64,000 bases of DNA from positions 1,550,001 through 1,614,000 of the forward strand of contig OZ374564.1 in assembly GCA_977862235.1 (NCBI GenBank), given 5' to 3'. The notes beneath the pieces are model-generated. The model was not told where the DNA came from. It saw nothing but the letters and a program-made list of their open reading frames with translations, and ran no database searches. Below, one piece after another: positions 11,913 through 23,873 of this stretch (position 1 is the first letter of the stretch; each line of letters begins with the position of its first letter). A program made the translations under genes and the position numbers. Origin of the DNA: Dudresnaya verticillata. Lineage: Eukaryota.

Positions 11913-14264
11913 TCACCAGATTGTCAATATTGTCTGTTTCAAACGGTTTCGCAGCGGAGATGCAATACGTCCTGCAAAACTAAACACTCTTTCATTCTCA
12001 ATCTGTGTTGCAGGTATCGTCAAAATGTGCCTCGCCAGTAATGGCATGTTAAGAAAGCTTTCCTGATTTTTTGCAAGCCACTCCAACTTGTTATCCAGGA
12101 CACGCCAAAAGGGCCTTTTTCTGAATCTTGAAAGCTCTTCTTCCATCCGCACCTTGACTACAAACTCCTCTGAGGGCTCATCTTCCAGAATGAAGCATTC
12201 TTCCTCACTGTCCGATAGAGCCTCATTAATAAGGCTCTGCTGCGACAAGGATTGAGCTTTGGTGACTCGAGAAATTTCGTCTTGTGTATTTCGCCCAGGA
12301 CGAGACTTAGCTTTCTGCAAACCTATGAGCAGCGGTACCAAAACTTTTGAATCATATTTCTTAGCCAGCTGCCGACCTTGATCTGCTTTCGGACCGGGGT
12401 AAAGCTTCATAAATGGAGATCGCAGAGACTTGTATTCAGGGTCTAGCACCAGGCTTAGGTAGTGGTGGACGAATTTCCCGTTCAAGGCACGGAAGGACAA
12501 CAATGGATCCAAGACAGGCCATAGTCCGAGGATAATGGATCGTGAGATGTTATGTCTCAGATGCAAAAGCTCAATTTCAAAAGCGCTCATGCCTTGAAGT
12601 CTTTCTTGATCAACCGCTGAAGTTTCTTCACACATTCTTGTATAGCTTATGAAAAGGTTGCAAAATAATGCCACTGCATCACTCAGGAGCCATCCAAACC
12701 GCTTCTGACTTAAGATACATGCCTTCATTACAGGGGTTAGTACCTCAACAATCACTTTTGTCGTCTCCCATGTCTCCGTGGAGGGTACCCTTTGCCTCAA
12801 TTCAATCTTCTCCTGGTTTGAAAAGCAGTGTTCCACAACTTCACGGTATTCCAGCATGGTTTCCATCATAGCTACCAGGGAGACAAACCGCGTCTTCACA
12901 GGAGTCGGAGCAACGCGTTCTTTCTTTGCTTTTTCGCGGCATGAGGCATACCAAGCATCTCTTCCCTTCGCACTCTTCTTTGTCCACGTGATACACTTCT
13001 GAAGAGCTGCTTTGGTTTTCTTGATGGACACAAGCTGCAAACCATGACATGAAATATCGCCTAGAGAACTATTGCACGCACCACTTAGAATGTGTGCAAA
13101 GCAAGGTCCATCAAAACATTCCTGAAGACCTAGTGGGCGACAAGTCACTATTTGCCTTAACGCGTTAGTGAATGCCCTGAGGTTGGAACCGCCGTCTTTG
13201 ACACAGCACGCAACCTTATCCAGGATCCCTCGGGTAGTAAGCTCACCTTTGAGGATTTCAGCGAGAAAGTTGCCGGTAATTGACTTACATTGCACAATTC
13301 GAAGATGTACCTGATGTTGCTTGAACTTATCGTCAATGCCGTGGGCCACGAGGTCAAATATGTCCTCACATCCACGACTCATCCAAAGTTCAAATGTTAT
13401 GGTGACTGATTCCATACTGGTAAGCTTGGGTGATACAAAGTCATTGTTGCATTCCTCAATAAACTTGGGAATTATCTTATCAGTGAGTATTCTGCGGTTG
13501 GGTACTTTCACCCTCGGATTAATCCCATGCACATACCGCTTGAAGTATACATTCTCCACAATAGAAAGTGGCAATGCTGCTTTTGCAATAAGTAAAAGCA
13601 AGTCTTTTTCGTGACGTTTCAGGACGACTGAATCTTCTCCATATTTCTGATGAGAGTTGAATAAGTTCTCAGTAGGCTTCTTTCTCTTCTTTCCTCGTCT
13701 GCGTGAACTTTCTTCTTCCTGCATCTCCTCTATCCTCTCCTTCAGACTCTCAAATTCTTTTGCATGGTTTTGAGTAACATGCTGTTTAAGAGAAGTCGTG
13801 CCTGTACTGCTGCTGTATACAACGAGACCCTTTTTGAGACGCTTATCCTTATTGGACGCACCATTCTCCGAAGGTTTGCAAATTACACAGGAAAAAACGT
13901 TGCCAGGTTTGGAGATGTAGAACGACCAGAATGCGGCTGAACGTCCCTTGAGCTTGTGCATTTTGCGGCGAGTGAGGGCATCGGAGACGCTAAACGTAGA
14001 TGTAGCTTCTTGATGGTTGGCCTCGACTTGCTCTGATTGTTGCACTTCCATTGTTGCGATTGGCGGTACAAGAGCTGAACTTGACAGAAATTTCGCGGCG
14101 TCAACAATGCGCTTGGCTAGAGGAATTGCAGCTTCTGCTGACTCTCCGCGTGGTGTGGGGCCTCGCGCAGGCGGCAGAGCAGCCTCGACGGGAGGCCCGT
14201 TCGAAGTGTCCATCTTTTTTGTGCGGTGGTATGGAGGAACAAGGCGTCGCACAGCACAGCCCAT
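11913..14264 (-). CDS. hAT transposase (BED zinc finger, RNase H-like core, C-terminal dimerisation domain)
   Basis: BED-like FWSFY..CVIC..GTTSLKQHVTQNH; TFELW (catalytic D read as E); KDGGSN; CFAH; TRF; IPATQIENERVFS. C-terminus may be prematurely stopped. Confidence 0.92.
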   Translation of the reverse strand: MGCAVRRLVPPYHRTKKMDTSNGPPVEAALPPARGPTPRGESAEAAIPLAKRIVDAAKFLSSSALVPPIATMEVQQSEQVEANHQEATSTFSVSDALTRRKMHKLKGRSAAFWSFYISKPGNVFSCVICKPSENGASNKDKRLKKGLVVYSSSTGTTSLKQHVTQNHAKEFESLKERIEEMQEEESSRRRGKKRKKPTENLFNSHQKYGEDSVVLKRHEKDLLLLIAKAALPLSIVENVYFKRYVHGINPRVKVPNRRILTDKIIPKFIEECNNDFVSPKLTSMESVTITFELWMSRGCEDIFDLVAHGIDDKFKQHQVHLRIVQCKSITGNFLAEILKGELTTRGILDKVACCVKDGGSNLRAFTNALRQIVTCRPLGLQECFDGPCFAHILSGACNSSLGDISCHGLQLVSIKKTKAALQKCITWTKKSAKGRDAWYASCREKAKKERVAPTPVKTRFVSLVAMMETMLEYREVVEHCFSNQEKIELRQRVPSTETWETTKVIVEVLTPVMKACILSQKRFGWLLSDAVALFCNLFISYTRMCEETSAVDQERLQGMSAFEIELLHLRHNISRSIILGLWPVLDPLLSFRALNGKFVHHYLSLVLDPEYKSLRSPFMKLYPGPKADQGRQLAKKYDSKVLVPLLIGLQKAKSRPGRNTQDEISRVTKAQSLSQQSLINEALSDSEEECFILEDEPSEEFVVKVRMEEELSRFRKRPFWRVLDNKLEWLAKNQESFLNMPLLARHILTIPATQIENERVFSFAGRIASPLRNRLKQTILTIW

Positions 14265-16326
14265 TTAAGTTATTTGCTGGGTTACATTTGGCGCGAAACA
14301 ACTTGTAGAACTGAGATGTTTCGGTTTTCCGGGCATTTTGGCGCGGGCATGTCAGACGGGCATCTTGGACGGTCATGCATGCCCGATCGGGCATTTGCCG
14401 AAATTCGGAACGAGGCGGGAATGCGGTCATCGGTGCATGGCCCGCCAACTAGCACCCCCCGGGCAAGCGGTCATGGGTCAGTTGAACTAAAGGCTTTTTA
14501 AATTAATGCACGGGCAAGGGTATCTTCTTGCTCCCAAAAAGTACGGGCATGCGGGCATGGGTACATTAACCCGAGCACAAAATATACACGGTCAAGGGTA
14601 CATTAGTCCTTGGCGTGCTTTACGAAACTTGATGCCCGACGGGTAAGGGCATGCCTAATGCCCTTGCCCTGACCCCATGCCCGGGGGTCATTAATTCCTA
14701 TGGTATTAAATGCCCGCACAACCCTGGACGCGACCCGATATTCCGCAGGGAACCTGCCATACGGTGACGAGCCTGTAGTTGGCGCCCAGAAAGGGAACGG
14801 GAACCGCCTGGAATCCAGAAAATGTTCAAGACCGAGAAACTCCCCGTGGGGTTCAATCAGGGGTGTCCTGCTATTCAGGGGACCAAAAAGTAGGGCTTGT
14901 GCCCATGCTAATATTAGCTAATACAGTGTACTGTACACAAATTACATTGAGCAATGGGAGGCGGATTCATGCCCCTGTGGCGGCGTATAATCAGGAAATA
15001 TCCCAGCGCCACACCAATGATCGTGCGTCAATTGCGCGTCTGAGGCGCAGGTGATTTCGCGCCAGGCGCCAATCACATGTCGCATCCTGGCGAAGCCTAG
15101 CAATGACAGCGTCTTACAGGTCATTGGCCCGTTACGACTTATAGCGAAGTACGCCCACTTGGCGCAAATCGCCGTTGTGCCACAAGCAGAGCGCGGTTAT
15201 CGACGGTCGCGCGTCGGCTCGCCCGCCGTCCGCACTCCGAAACGGCCACTTCACCACACATAACCGCCCGGATGATATGGCTGGCTTATAGATTGACTAA
15301 TTGCTGAAGCGTTCCTGCGCTGTAAGGAAACAGTGTACATCTTTAATACGTAAGCCGCACGGCTCCAGGTGATAGGGCACTATGCCATTGGAGGATTAAA
15401 TATGACCGCAACATCGCGCAATGCGCACTGCTGGCGGATGTTTGTACGGCGGCACCTGACAGTGACGCAGCGCTCGCCCCATGGCCTGACCACTCATTCC
15501 TACCTAAGAAAATATCATAACTGTTACTATACAGTATTATCTAAGTATTAGCATTAGAGCTATAACTGGGAGAGTAGCACCTTTTCGGCTCCCGCCGTAT
15601 TTATGGGGCCCCTGAATAGCACGGGCCCGGCACTAAACCGGCAGCGGTATGTGCCGTGGGGTTTCCCCTTCTTGGATACGTACGGTGCTACCGCTACAAA
15701 CCCCATTAGGCGTCTACAAACCCCGTCGTCTACGACGAACTGCTCTTCACGGCTGGGTTCGCCTTACCTTTCCCCATCTTCTGTAGCAGAATGGATGCTG
15801 TCCCCTAGTAGAATCATATCGGGGGTTTGACGGGTATCCTACGGGTTAATGGGGGTGGCACGGGCAGGTGTTTGCTGGGCAAATTACACCAGGGGCCACA
15901 GCCTACTGCGCGCACGGGTGCGCCTGACCAGGTGAATTACAGGTGTTGCTGCGGCTCTCCGTTTTATTGTGGGTAAACGACGGGGAGATGGAACTGCTGC
16001 GCAGCACCACAATATTTCGGGAGAAATTTTCAGTTTCTATTCGATTTTCTAATCGATGGCACCCAGATCTCGTGCTCTTCGTTGTATCGTAGAGATGGGT
16101 AATGCTGGATCATTTGGGCATTGTGGATCAGAATTTTAATTGCTTTTGGCAGCATTCCGTTGCCGCGCTCCTCTTCACAGCACCAACATGACCGTAGCAT
16201 CTCACGTTTTGAATATGGCGCCAATCTGAGCGCGCCAATGGCTTTCCCGCCGCAAAATACATATCCCTGCACCCCAGCACTGGAAATGGTCGTGCCATCC
16301 CCCCTGCATGCCGTTCCCTTTTCGTC

Positions 16327-18112
16327 TTGCCCACCCATCCTCCTGTCGTCCACTTCGTAGCCGAGAGGGCTAACATGCCCAACACTCCTCCGCCTGCCCC
16401 AAATGGAATATCCAAGCGCTCTTCCTCATCGCGTGGGCGTTCGCACAAGTTGGATCCCGCTCTTCTTAGTTTCGCCCGTCAAGCTGTATCTACTGGAGGC
16501 ATGACATTGCGGACAGCTGCACGCGCTCATGGCATTCCGTACACAACGTTGCACCGATATGTGAACGACATTACCCGCGCACAAAACAACCCTGGACGCA
16601 AAAATGCTCTTCGCACGGATGAGGAACGGCTTATTGTCAACGCTGCTATAGAATTCGCTCGGAATGGAACACCCCTCTCTCGCGAAGGACTGAAGGATAT
16701 GGTCAAGCACTACACGGAAGCGCTGCCCACAGAGCGACAAAAATTGTTACCCTTCCGCCAGGGCCGCCCTGGAGACTACTACGTCACAAATCTGCTACGC
16801 CGCCATCCCGATCTCTCCTTTAAACGCCGGGCTTCGTTGGAAAGCTCACGTGCCGCTGCAACGTCTCCTAAGAACATGGCGATTCACTTTGCCAGGTTGG
16901 CGCAAGTGTACCAGAAATTCGGAATCACGAGTGCTGAGCAGGTTTTCAACCTTGATGAGAGTGGCATATCAACCCGCACTGCTTCACGAGCTCGCGCGAA
17001 GGCTGTGACAGAAAGAGCTGGCAGAAGCAACTCCGTTGAGTTAAACTGGTCTAGCAATGCAGACCACGTGACCATAATGCCAGTCGTATCTGCAGATGGT
17101 GTGGCCTGGAAACCTATCGTTATTCTCCTTGGGAAACGCTCGAAATGGCGAAGGCGGCCGGACGGTTCAGTTGAGACACCTGCGGACTTTTTAGCCACTA
17201 AAAGCGTTAATTGCTTACCGGTATCCAGCAGGAATGGACACAAACATCTTTGTGGACTGGTGTAAGTCTTTCGTCGAAGAGACGTCCTCGCTTCGCAAGA
17301 AGCACAAACGTCTGGTGTTAACAATGGATGGTTATGGCGCTCACATCTCGTACGCTGGTCTGAAACATTTGGACGACAACGGAATAGTTGTGGTCGGTCT
17401 TCCTGCTCACACGAGCCATCGCACTCAGGTTTTGGACTACAGTGTCTTCTCAACGTTCAAAACATATGTTCGCAACGGCATGAACAAACGAATCCTGGCG
17501 CCGATGGAAACAAATCGGAATGACGTTTACACAATATGTGAGATGATTACGCATGCTTACAAAAAGTCTATCAACTACAACAACATTGTAAGCGGTTTCA
17601 ACGCCTGTGGGGTTTGGTGTCCGAAGAGAGGCGGTGTAGTCCCGGAAGTTATCCGGCAGTCTGATCTAACGAACTGCTCCGGGTATGCGTCTCGATGTGA
17701 TGCATTCAAGGGCTACACAGAGCTCTACAAGAGCTATCGGGATAGTGTAACTCTTTTGCGCTCTGACGGACCCGTAATAGAGACTGGAACGGTCAACACA
17801 AAAAGTGGATGCCTGCTAACGGGACATGATGTCCTGAGTGCTTTGCGTCAGCGCGAGGAGGCGAGAACCGCTGCTGAAGCTCAGCGACAGCAAAGGGTGG
17901 TGGAATCGGAGCGAAGACGGAAGGAGCGGGAGCAGATTGCGGTTCGAAAGGCTGCTGAGAAGGAGGCACAACGTCTTGAGAAAGACCGAGAGCAAGAAGA
18001 GTGCCGAGCAATGCAAGCAACTCGGAGAGAGCGGCAGCGGGCGTTGAAGGTGACTCGAGAATTTCGGCGTTCCCTTAGGAAGAACTACGCGAGGATAAGG
18101 ATAGCTGGGTGA
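16327..18112 (+). pseudogene. pogo/Fot1-like transposase (HTH-psq, CENP-B HTH, DDE_1) with one frameshift near 17200
   Basis: LRTAARAHGIPYTTLHRY; FNLDESG; MDGYGAH; LPAHTSHRTQVLDYSVFSTFK; coiled-coil tail. Split over ORFs 16327-17265 and 17234-18112. Confidence 0.9.
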
Positions 18113-18579
18113 TATCGTCCGAAATTAAGGAAAATAGAAGAAAATAAAATGCGCCGTGATCCAGTAATGCCCGCATCGGGGTTGTTTTGAGGGATACTGA
18201 CCACATCGCGTTGGTTCCCATATCTCCGCCGTATCGCAACTCAGACAGCCCATATTTGGCACATGTAGAATACCTGCACAGAGCAAGCGTACGGCCAAGT
18301 TTCAGCGTGATTGGTTGCGCACAGCCCCATGGGCGCCAGATTCTAAATTTTGATCCATAATAACCAGGGGGCTGATACCGCGTCACGCCCCACGCAAACT
18401 GTCCGGGTGTCCTAACTCGTTCTCCTGGCGCGCTGCACGGCCGGCGCGGCCCCTCGTCGCGCGTCAAAACGCCTCTCCTGACTGAAATCACGGCGCGTGG
18501 ACTGCGCATTGATCTTTTGCAGTCTTTCCTTTGCACTCACCCGCTGGCCCCCTCCCGAGATGTCAAGCTCCGACCCTCC

Positions 18580-19536
18580 ATGCCCTTTGTCGCCCCCGCG
18601 ATGCCAGCCTTCCTCCCGCAACCAGCACCACTCCCACACCGCGTACGCCCGCGCCCGCAAGCCCCGATATGCCCGTTCGCCACTCGCTCGCCGCCGAAAT
18701 CTTCCGCGCCGCGTGCGTTGCAGGTCGTCGCGAACCAGCTGCGTCATGAGCTTCCGACGCTGTTCGCGCCGGGCGAGAAGGACTATTCGCTCTATGCTCC
18801 CTCGGTCACCTTTGAGGACCCGCTGAACAAGTTCGTGGGCGTGTCTCGCTACGCTTCGAACTTCGCCTTTCTGAACGAGTCCCCGGTATTCTCGTCCGCC
18901 TCCCTCACCCTGCACGCGCTCGCAATCGACGCCCCGGGCAACACCGTCCGCACCCGCTGGACCCTCTCCATGGCTGCCAACCTGCCCTGGCGCCCCGTTG
19001 TGTCGTTCATGGGACAAAGCGACTACGTTGTCGACCCCGCCTCTGGCAAGGTGGGCAGACATCTCGATTATTCGGACTCGTTTGATGATAGCGCTTTCTT
19101 GTTGCTACCGGCCGTCCGTGACCTGCTGGCCCAGTGTATGTCCGGCCGCGTTACCCCAGCCGACCTAGGCGGTTTTGAGCTACTCAAACGTACGCGTATG
19201 GTGGAGGTGAGGCGCTTTGGGGATGACGGGAGTGGTGTTGCTCTTGAGAAGGACACGCGACGAAGTGGCATATTGCAATGGGCTATTGGAAGCCACTCTG
19301 GTAGACGAAGAGAGGAGCGTGTTTTTAGTGTTGTCGCTGTTCGCACGCTGGCGGGGCCGCCGTCATCCCAACTGGTACTGGATTCCATCGAACGCGAGAC
19401 GCGCGCAGAGCTGCAACGCGCTGGCTACGCGGAGCCGAGCCAAAACGCTTTTTATGTTTCAGCTATAATGCGCGGCCGTCGCTTGCACGAATTTTGGGTT
19501 GAGCTTCAGCACTTGAGCACTGATGTGGAGTTCTAG
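18580..19536 (+). CDS. DUF2358/SnoaL-like protein with probable plastid transit peptide and a SOUL-like C-terminal portion
   Basis: DYSLYAPSVTFEDPLNKFVG..RTRWTL..LPWRP...GKVGRHLD, followed by FELLKRTRMVEVRRF. Pro/Arg/Ala-rich N-terminus from the ATG at 18580 (MPFVAP). Confidence 0.75.
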   Translation: MPFVAPAMPAFLPQPAPLPHRVRPRPQAPICPFATRSPPKSSAPRALQVVANQLRHELPTLFAPGEKDYSLYAPSVTFEDPLNKFVGVSRYASNFAFLNESPVFSSASLTLHALAIDAPGNTVRTRWTLSMAANLPWRPVVSFMGQSDYVVDPASGKVGRHLDYSDSFDDSAFLLLPAVRDLLAQCMSGRVTPADLGGFELLKRTRMVEVRRFGDDGSGVALEKDTRRSGILQWAIGSHSGRRREERVFSVVAVRTLAGPPSSQLVLDSIERETRAELQRAGYAEPSQNAFYVSAIMRGRRLHEFWVELQHLSTDVEF

Positions 19537-19859
19537 TGTCGATAACATAGTGCGGTGAAAGCGCAACTAGGCATCGACTGTGGAAGAGGGATGGGCGTTC
19601 GAAGCGTTCCCATTAAAGCGTATCCGAGGCGCGACGAGGGACGGGCATCATGAGAAGTTTTGAAACACTTTCATAGTTGTTCAGAAGAACATTTTCTCCT
19701 TGCAAGCAGCGTTTACATGCCGTCTGGGTATATTCATATCCTATTTTGTTTGCTGATGTCTCCTTTGAGTGAGTCACACCCTCTTCGAAACTAATAGGTG
19801 CACTGCGAAGGACCCTTTCTATGTTGAAACCATTCTTTCTTGCCTCGCTCTCCTGGTGC

Positions 19860-20732
19860 TCAACTCGGCGGCCTCTCGGTAAGATCTGATTGTGCTGCTA
19901 CGAGCAACGAAGAGTGAGACGGCATACTGGACTGTTCTTCTTGAAGATCCAAAGCCTCCTCAAGACGTTCCATGCTGTGGTGAGACAGGTCCAGTCCATC
20001 ACCACCCGTTCCGCTGCTGGACACTGAGAACTCATCGTCATCATCGGTAACAAAATTCAGACGAACTTGCTCACGCCCGAAGAAATCCCTTTCTACATAA
20101 TTTTCCAACATCGCTGCTTCTTCATCTTCCACTATTGCTGCAAACAGGGTTGTGAATAGCGTATATGTCCGACCAACTAGGAGTAAAGTGATCAACAAGA
20201 TACCCTGCAGAATTCCACTTAGTTTCGTTGCACTCCCGCCCACAACGGAGGATGTCACGAAGAGTTCAACCGAGCATGTTGTTCGATAAGCCCCGTACAA
20301 ACCGAGAATATTTGAAAGCGCTACAACTGAGCGAGAGTCGTCTCGAGTTTCAGGAGTAACTTTCACTCCGACTGTCCTTCTTTGGTAAAGGCCACTCTCA
20401 AACGGCCGAGATACCTGGTGACCAAACGTCTTCCGTGGCCACGTATGACATGGGACGTTTTCAGAGCATTCGTAGGACCGTGCCATAGCCACATCTCCCA
20501 TTTTCAACCCGATGCTATAGCAATTTTGTACTTCATTCACTTCTGAGCTATTGGATTCAGCTTGAGCCGTCACCGCATTGTCAGACATTGCAGAAACGAG
20601 TTTGTTGCTCTCACTTAACGTTGTACTTCATTCAGTTCTGAGCTATTGGATTCAGCTTGAGCCGTCACCGCATTGTCAGACATTGCAGAAACGAGTTTGT
20701 TGCTCTCACTTAACGTTGTGATATCAACCATA
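19860..20732 (-). pseudogene. Unknown gene fragment with hydrophobic segments and an acidic tail, disrupted by a 95-bp tandem duplication
   Basis: 242-aa ORF 19860-20588. The upstream reading is broken by the duplication at 20526-20719. Confidence 0.4.
20526..20719. repeat. 95-bp tandem duplication
   Basis: The unit starting TTGTACTTCATTCA at 20526 recurs at 20621 with one mismatch. Confidence 0.9.
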
Positions 20733-23700
20733 ACGAGGCGAGCACTGTCTGATTGATTCAGTCCCTTGACTCCGGATGAAATCGCGGGGTGTGGTTGGAC
20801 GCGGGGTTCTCGCGACAGGCGGCAGGTCGGCGACGACCACCCCTGCCAAACAGAGCTGTCTACTGTACCTCTCTTGTTCTCTCTCTCTCTGTTGAGAAGC
20901 GCAGGGGCGTGGCTGAGAAGGGGGCAGTACGCGTGCAGCAGTAGCGCGGGGCGCGGAGAGCGGGCGCAGCGTCCTACCACTGCAGCACAGCACAGCGCAG
21001 CCCGTGGTGCATCAGGTGCGCTCAGGACTGTGGAGCAAGCGGCCGTTTCAGCAGCGACAGATGGCTCTGCGGGTGTCCGCGTCGCTTGCCTCGGGCGCGG
21101 CGGAACCTCAGGGATGCGATGTATTGTGAGTGTGTGTGGTGCGCTTTGCGGAGGGCATACACATCGCGGCTCCACGGCAACGAGAACAGCAAGGCGTCCT
21201 TCACGTGTTGACCTTTCACGTTGCTGCAGGCACTCGTGCCTGCACGGCCGGGGGGACTGGAGCGAAGGCAACGCCCAGTTCGAATTGCAATTCACCACAT
21301 ACAACCTTATCCTTCGCCCAAGACGCTCCCGTCACTGCCGTTTCCACCGGTGTGGATGCCATGCTCTACGTCCCAGACCTGCTCTAGTTCGCGTACCAGT
21401 TCAGACCTTTTCGTGCTGGGCTGCCGCCACGCGGCGCGCAAGCCCAACCACAGCGGGCGTCGCCTCAATAAGCCGTAGAGAGGACGGAACTGATGCCGGG
21501 GAAACCCCGTACACAGCAAGCAGTAGACGTAGTACCTATTAAACAACAGTGATGAGCACTCACAATGGCACCATGCTGTGATAAGGTCGCCCAAAAGTCT
21601 CCTTGACCGGAAACGCAGCAGCGTTTACGGGTTGTTCCCGTCTCTTAAACACCTTCATACCGCCACTTAAAATCCCGGTGGAGAGCAAACACTCGCGATG
21701 TCTTCCTTCTCCAGGTGGTGTTCAGCCGAAGCCGCCCCACGGGCGCAACAGCAAGCTGCTTGCCTTCGACTCGTTGGAGGAGTCGTCGAGATAGTAGCGG
21801 TGGAGCATGGCCTCGAACTGTCCCGCAGCGTGGGACACTAGTCGCCGTGCCCGTCGTAGACGATGAGAAAGGCGCCGGGGAAGTCGCCAAAGTCAGTGAG
21901 GGTGAATGAATGCATCGTCAGGCGTTTTTGCGGTGCGAGTCTTGCATTAGCATTACGGGGCGGTAAAAGGCTTTCGAATCGGCCAGATTTTGTTTCCACG
22001 GGAGATCATCTCCCCAGATGATCTGCGGGGAGACCATACCAGGCTTGCCTGGCCCGTTGCCAATATCTCGCGATCCAGCAGACACTGTTTTATTTGCGAA
22101 GGGGACCTGCTTTTGAGGGCTGTCGCGAGGCCAAAATCACGAGAATTGCGGCTTCTTAGACTTAGAATATTTCGCAATCCGTGCCTTCCCAGGACTCCTA
22201 CTGAACCAGTACCAGTGGGACAAGGAATTACCGTTGTAGTGAATCCCCTCGTCCCTCGTGCGCCCTCAGGCGGGAAAGAGGTGTGCCGATGCAGCGCGCT
22301 CCGGTCGCCGGGCTCGCGGCCCTGCTCACCCTGCTCGCCCTACTGCTGCTGGAAACACCGCACCTTGAACGACTGCTTTTATGGATGTAGTCAAGACCGG
22401 GTGGCCGGGATGGCGAGGCCCGGGCCGAAATGGGGAAAGCAGACCGCCGTCATAAATGAAACGCAGAGTAATTGGCAAGAGGATCTGGATCTGGGTTGCG
22501 TGAAATCGCGATCAGCGTGCTCGCGATCTCCAAAAGGGCCAAACAGGCTGCCCTGTTTGCTCTCCATCTCCCCTCCGATCCATCGCGGCAGCGTGACCGT
22601 CCTCGTCCCAGTTCATCGACGCCACCAACTTCAAACCCAGCCCATGGGGAGGACACAGGTAGTGCTAGCACTAACCGCAACAGCATCAGACCACCCGTAG
22701 AAGGTCCTGCAACCAGCAGTCGCTGTGGCGTCCGGGCGGCTCCGTCACGCTAGTTGCTGCGATGCGCCAACCTGCACCGCATGCACTGCGATCACTCTCC
22801 TGCAGCGATTCCCTCTCTCGACTCCGCAGGTATCTAGTTCTCCGCAAGATATTGGAATTCTGCTGACATTTGCTATGCATTTGTACCTTGGCGTGCGATT
22901 CGTAACATAAGCGCTGTTTGCCAAAGAGAGTCAGGAGACCGGCTGCGAAGTGCGGGATAATGAAACGAGGCACTTTCCACTATTCCAGAAAGGTTGATCT
23001 GTTGAGGATTAACCAGGACAGAGTCTGTCCCATTGCAAACTGCACCTGTGCCGCTGCTAGCAATGCAAGCATTCCCTGTGAATGCAATGTTACAGCTAAA
23101 AGTGCCTGGAACAGACTGGAAGCTGCCAAGGTACAGTACAGGATCTTGTTGTCAATGTTCCCTACAAATGTAAGGACGAACCCTTTCTACAATCTGCAAA
23201 GCCTCGCTTATCTTTTTCTTTATCCTTTTAATTTCTTCCTTGTTTCTCTGCGACATGCTCTGTCAGATGCCAAGTCTACTTGAGCACAACTGTCGGGATT
23301 GAGTTGAATGGTAGGTAACCGCAAGCATATGTCATCCAATGTCTCCGTGATATCTCATGAATTCTTAACTGCCCTCGCGACTGTTCCCACGCCCTCTTCC
23401 TCTGCCAGCAGGTAGGTGCCTTCTTCCCCGCTTCGTGACACCATCTATGCGTGTGCCACGTGGTCCAGCATGAAGGCCACTTGGTGGTACGGCCGGCCTT
23501 CGCGTCGGTGCTTCCCGTCTCGTGGGGACTGCAGTACCTTCCGAAACTGTACGCAGTGCTGCACCACATGTTGTTCTGTTTCCTTGACTGTTCCATATAC
23601 CGGCTGAACCGTCATACGCTGCCCGTACTTCCATCGTTCTGCTTCCGTTTCGGGGTACAGCTGGAAATGTTGCAGGAAATTGACGCGCTGCATACTGGTA

Positions 23701-23873
23701 CTGCTCAGGGAGGTCCGGTGCCCGACTCGCAGCAGAAGGCCCGGCAATAACTGAATTTTTTGACGCGTTCCACGCACGAGAAGGAACGGTTCCAACCGGA
23801 AATTTGAGTTCATTTCCCGCAGCGTCTCCTCTCGGGTCCTCCACTGACTTATGTATGTCATTGTCGTTTTTTC

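Larger units (their letters stand above)
9861..14726 (-). mobile_element. hAT DNA transposon
   Basis: Perfect 17-bp TIR CAGGGTTGTGCGGGCAT (9861-9877 and 14710-14726). 8-bp TSD GACGCGAC (9853-9860, 14727-14734). Many subterminal GGGCA motifs at both ends. Confidence 0.95.
9690..15195. mobile_element. Short non-autonomous TIR element (about 630 bp net), itself interrupted by the hAT
   Basis: Imperfect inverted ends GCGCTTAGCAGTGTAGCACAACGG and CCGTTGTGCCACAAGCAGAGCGC lie where LTR similarity stops and shortly before it resumes. Confidence 0.55.
9086..15258 (-). mobile_element. Solo LTR of the gypsy family at 54829-64000, split by a 5.5-kb nested insertion
   Basis: 9086-9690 is near-identical to 54829-55432, and about 15210-15258 matches the LTR end (...CTTCACCACA). 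TSD CATAA at 9081-9085 and 15259-15263. Confidence 0.9.

Noticed and set aside
15950..18260. TIRs for the pogo-like transposase
   Set aside because: Only a weak partial inverted match (about 15982 versus 18215) and no TA-flanked termini.
20615..22973. Several 200+ aa ORFs (20615-21304, 20766-21542, 21990-22700)
   Set aside because: They overlap on both strands, have low-complexity GC-rich translations and show no recognisable motifs.
22900..23860. Ulp1-like protease often found in CACTA elements
   Set aside because: Only an isolated HW dipeptide was seen. No catalytic Gln/Cys motif could be read.
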